A stretch of DNA of 64,000 nucleotides, taken from positions 4,896,001-4,960,000 of the forward strand of contig CBDFJQ010000002.1 in assembly GCA_965248575.1 (NCBI GenBank), read 5' to 3'. This DNA is from Planctomycetota bacterium. Lineage in GTDB: Bacteria > Planctomycetota > B15-G4. Of this stretch, positions 63,040 through 64,000 are shown piece after piece. Position 1 is the stretch's first letter, and every line of letters begins with the position of its first letter. Under the pieces are notes generated by a model. It was not told the origin of the DNA and did no database searches. It worked only from the letters and a program-made list of their open reading frames with translations. The position numbers and the translations under genes were made by a program.

Positions 63040-63822
63040 CTAGGGCAGGGCCGTCGGGCTGCGCAGGTGAGGCACCTTCTCGAGTTGCCACTCCAGGCAG
63101 AGACCTGCCGCCATCCCCCGGGCGGGGGCGGAGCCGTACAAGCGCTCAGCGACATAGAGGGCGGCGTCAAACGACAGCGCACCACCCGCTGAGGTGACGG
63201 CCTTTCCGTCGTGCACGAAGCTCAGGTTCTCGTGCACCTGCAGTTGAGGAAAGCGCTCACGGAAGGCTGGAATGTCCGAGGGGAAGGTCGTGCACTGCAA
63301 ACCGTCCAGGAGTCCGGCGGCAGCGAGCACGAAGGCTCCGTCACAGAGCGACAGGAGCAGCCGGGCCGAGGCTCCTCGAGCGCGGATGAAGTGCATCAAC
63401 GCTTCGTTCTCGAGATCCGAGCCCATGCTGTGCTCGGCGCTCGGGACGACGAGGACGTCGATGGGTGGCGCGTCGTCGAACCCATAGTCCGGAAGCAGGC
63501 GCAGGCCCTCGAAGCTTGTGATGGGCTCGTGATCGGGGCCGACGGTGAACACACGCATGCCGGGCTCAGCGTGGAACACGGAGTGATGGAAGATGTCGTA
63601 GGGGGCCGTGAGTTCCGTATTGTACACGCCGTCCAGAACGAGAAAGCCCACGTTCAGGGGCTGCACTCTGGCCACGGCTGCCAACCCGAGCGATTCTCGG
63701 GCAGTCTGCTGGCCTGGCTCAGGCGGCAGGGCGGGGCGTGCGCCCGTTGATCCACAGCCTGGGGCCAGCAGCAAGGCGCACGCCAGCAGCCCCCTGAGGG
63801 TGTCCTTCAAGGTCTTTCGCAT
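63040..63822 (-). CDS. DJ-1/PfpI family protein, probable lipoprotein
   Basis: Lipobox LAPGC; ELTAPYDIF, DVLVVP, SLCDGAFVLAAAGLLDG and VTSAG. Confidence 0.9.
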   Translation of the reverse strand: MRKTLKDTLRGLLACALLLAPGCGSTGARPALPPEPGQQTARESLGLAAVARVQPLNVGFLVLDGVYNTELTAPYDIFHHSVFHAEPGMRVFTVGPDHEPITSFEGLRLLPDYGFDDAPPIDVLVVPSAEHSMGSDLENEALMHFIRARGASARLLLSLCDGAFVLAAAGLLDGLQCTTFPSDIPAFRERFPQLQVHENLSFVHDGKAVTSAGGALSFDAALYVAERLYGSAPARGMAAGLCLEWQLEKVPHLRSPTALP

Positions 63823-63876
63823 CACGGCGCTCCCAAGCAGACGCGAGAAGCGGGCATGGTAGCGGCCTGGGCGTGG

Positions 63877-64000
63877 TCAGGAGTCCTGCTCTTCTTCCTC
63901 GTGTTCCATGAAGAACTCGATCACGATGCCGTCCTGCAGGCGGAAGTACCACGCTGGCCCGGGCAGGTCCTCGGGGCCCTGCCGATAGTAGAAGAGCAGG
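63877..64000 (-). CDS. 3' end of a hypothetical protein (partial, runs off window end)
   Basis: Open frame LLFYYRQGPEDLPGPAWYFRLQDGIVIEFFMEHEEEEQDS* with GC-rich third positions. Confidence 0.55.
   Translation of the reverse strand, partial: LLFYYRQGPEDLPGPAWYFRLQDGIVIEFFMEHEEEEQDS

Overview
GC-rich bacterial chromosomal window with about 48 genes. No rRNA, tRNA, CRISPR array, transposase, integrase or prophage could be supported. The gene content suggests Planctomycetota (inference): a PVC-type heme-binding CxxCH protein, a tandem DUF1080 protein, an ECF sigma/Ser-Thr kinase pair, two ECF sigmas with long membrane-anchored extensions, and FG-GAP proteins. Housekeeping genes include pgm, prfC and an RlmI-like methyltransferase, and there is a heavy-metal RND efflux operon headed by a His-rich protein. 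Best candidates for something new: (1) an octaheme HAO-family cytochrome c lacking the cross-link Tyr, coupled to an uncharacterised, internally duplicated His-bearing membrane protein that may be a new quinol-side partner (12228-14277); (2) a Tat-lipoprotein NHL beta-propeller followed by two near-identical tandem tail-collar genes with no phage context, ending in overlapping terminator/antiterminator hairpins (50398-52717); (3) a secreted fibre protein with an FG-GAP head, 186 uninterrupted collagen triplets and a C-terminal beta domain (16035-18980); (4) a lectin-PNGase F-PDZ fusion missing most canonical cysteines; (5) a 105-bp element with 20-bp terminal inverted repeats. Family assignments come from motif recognition only; no database searches were run, and several start codons are best guesses.
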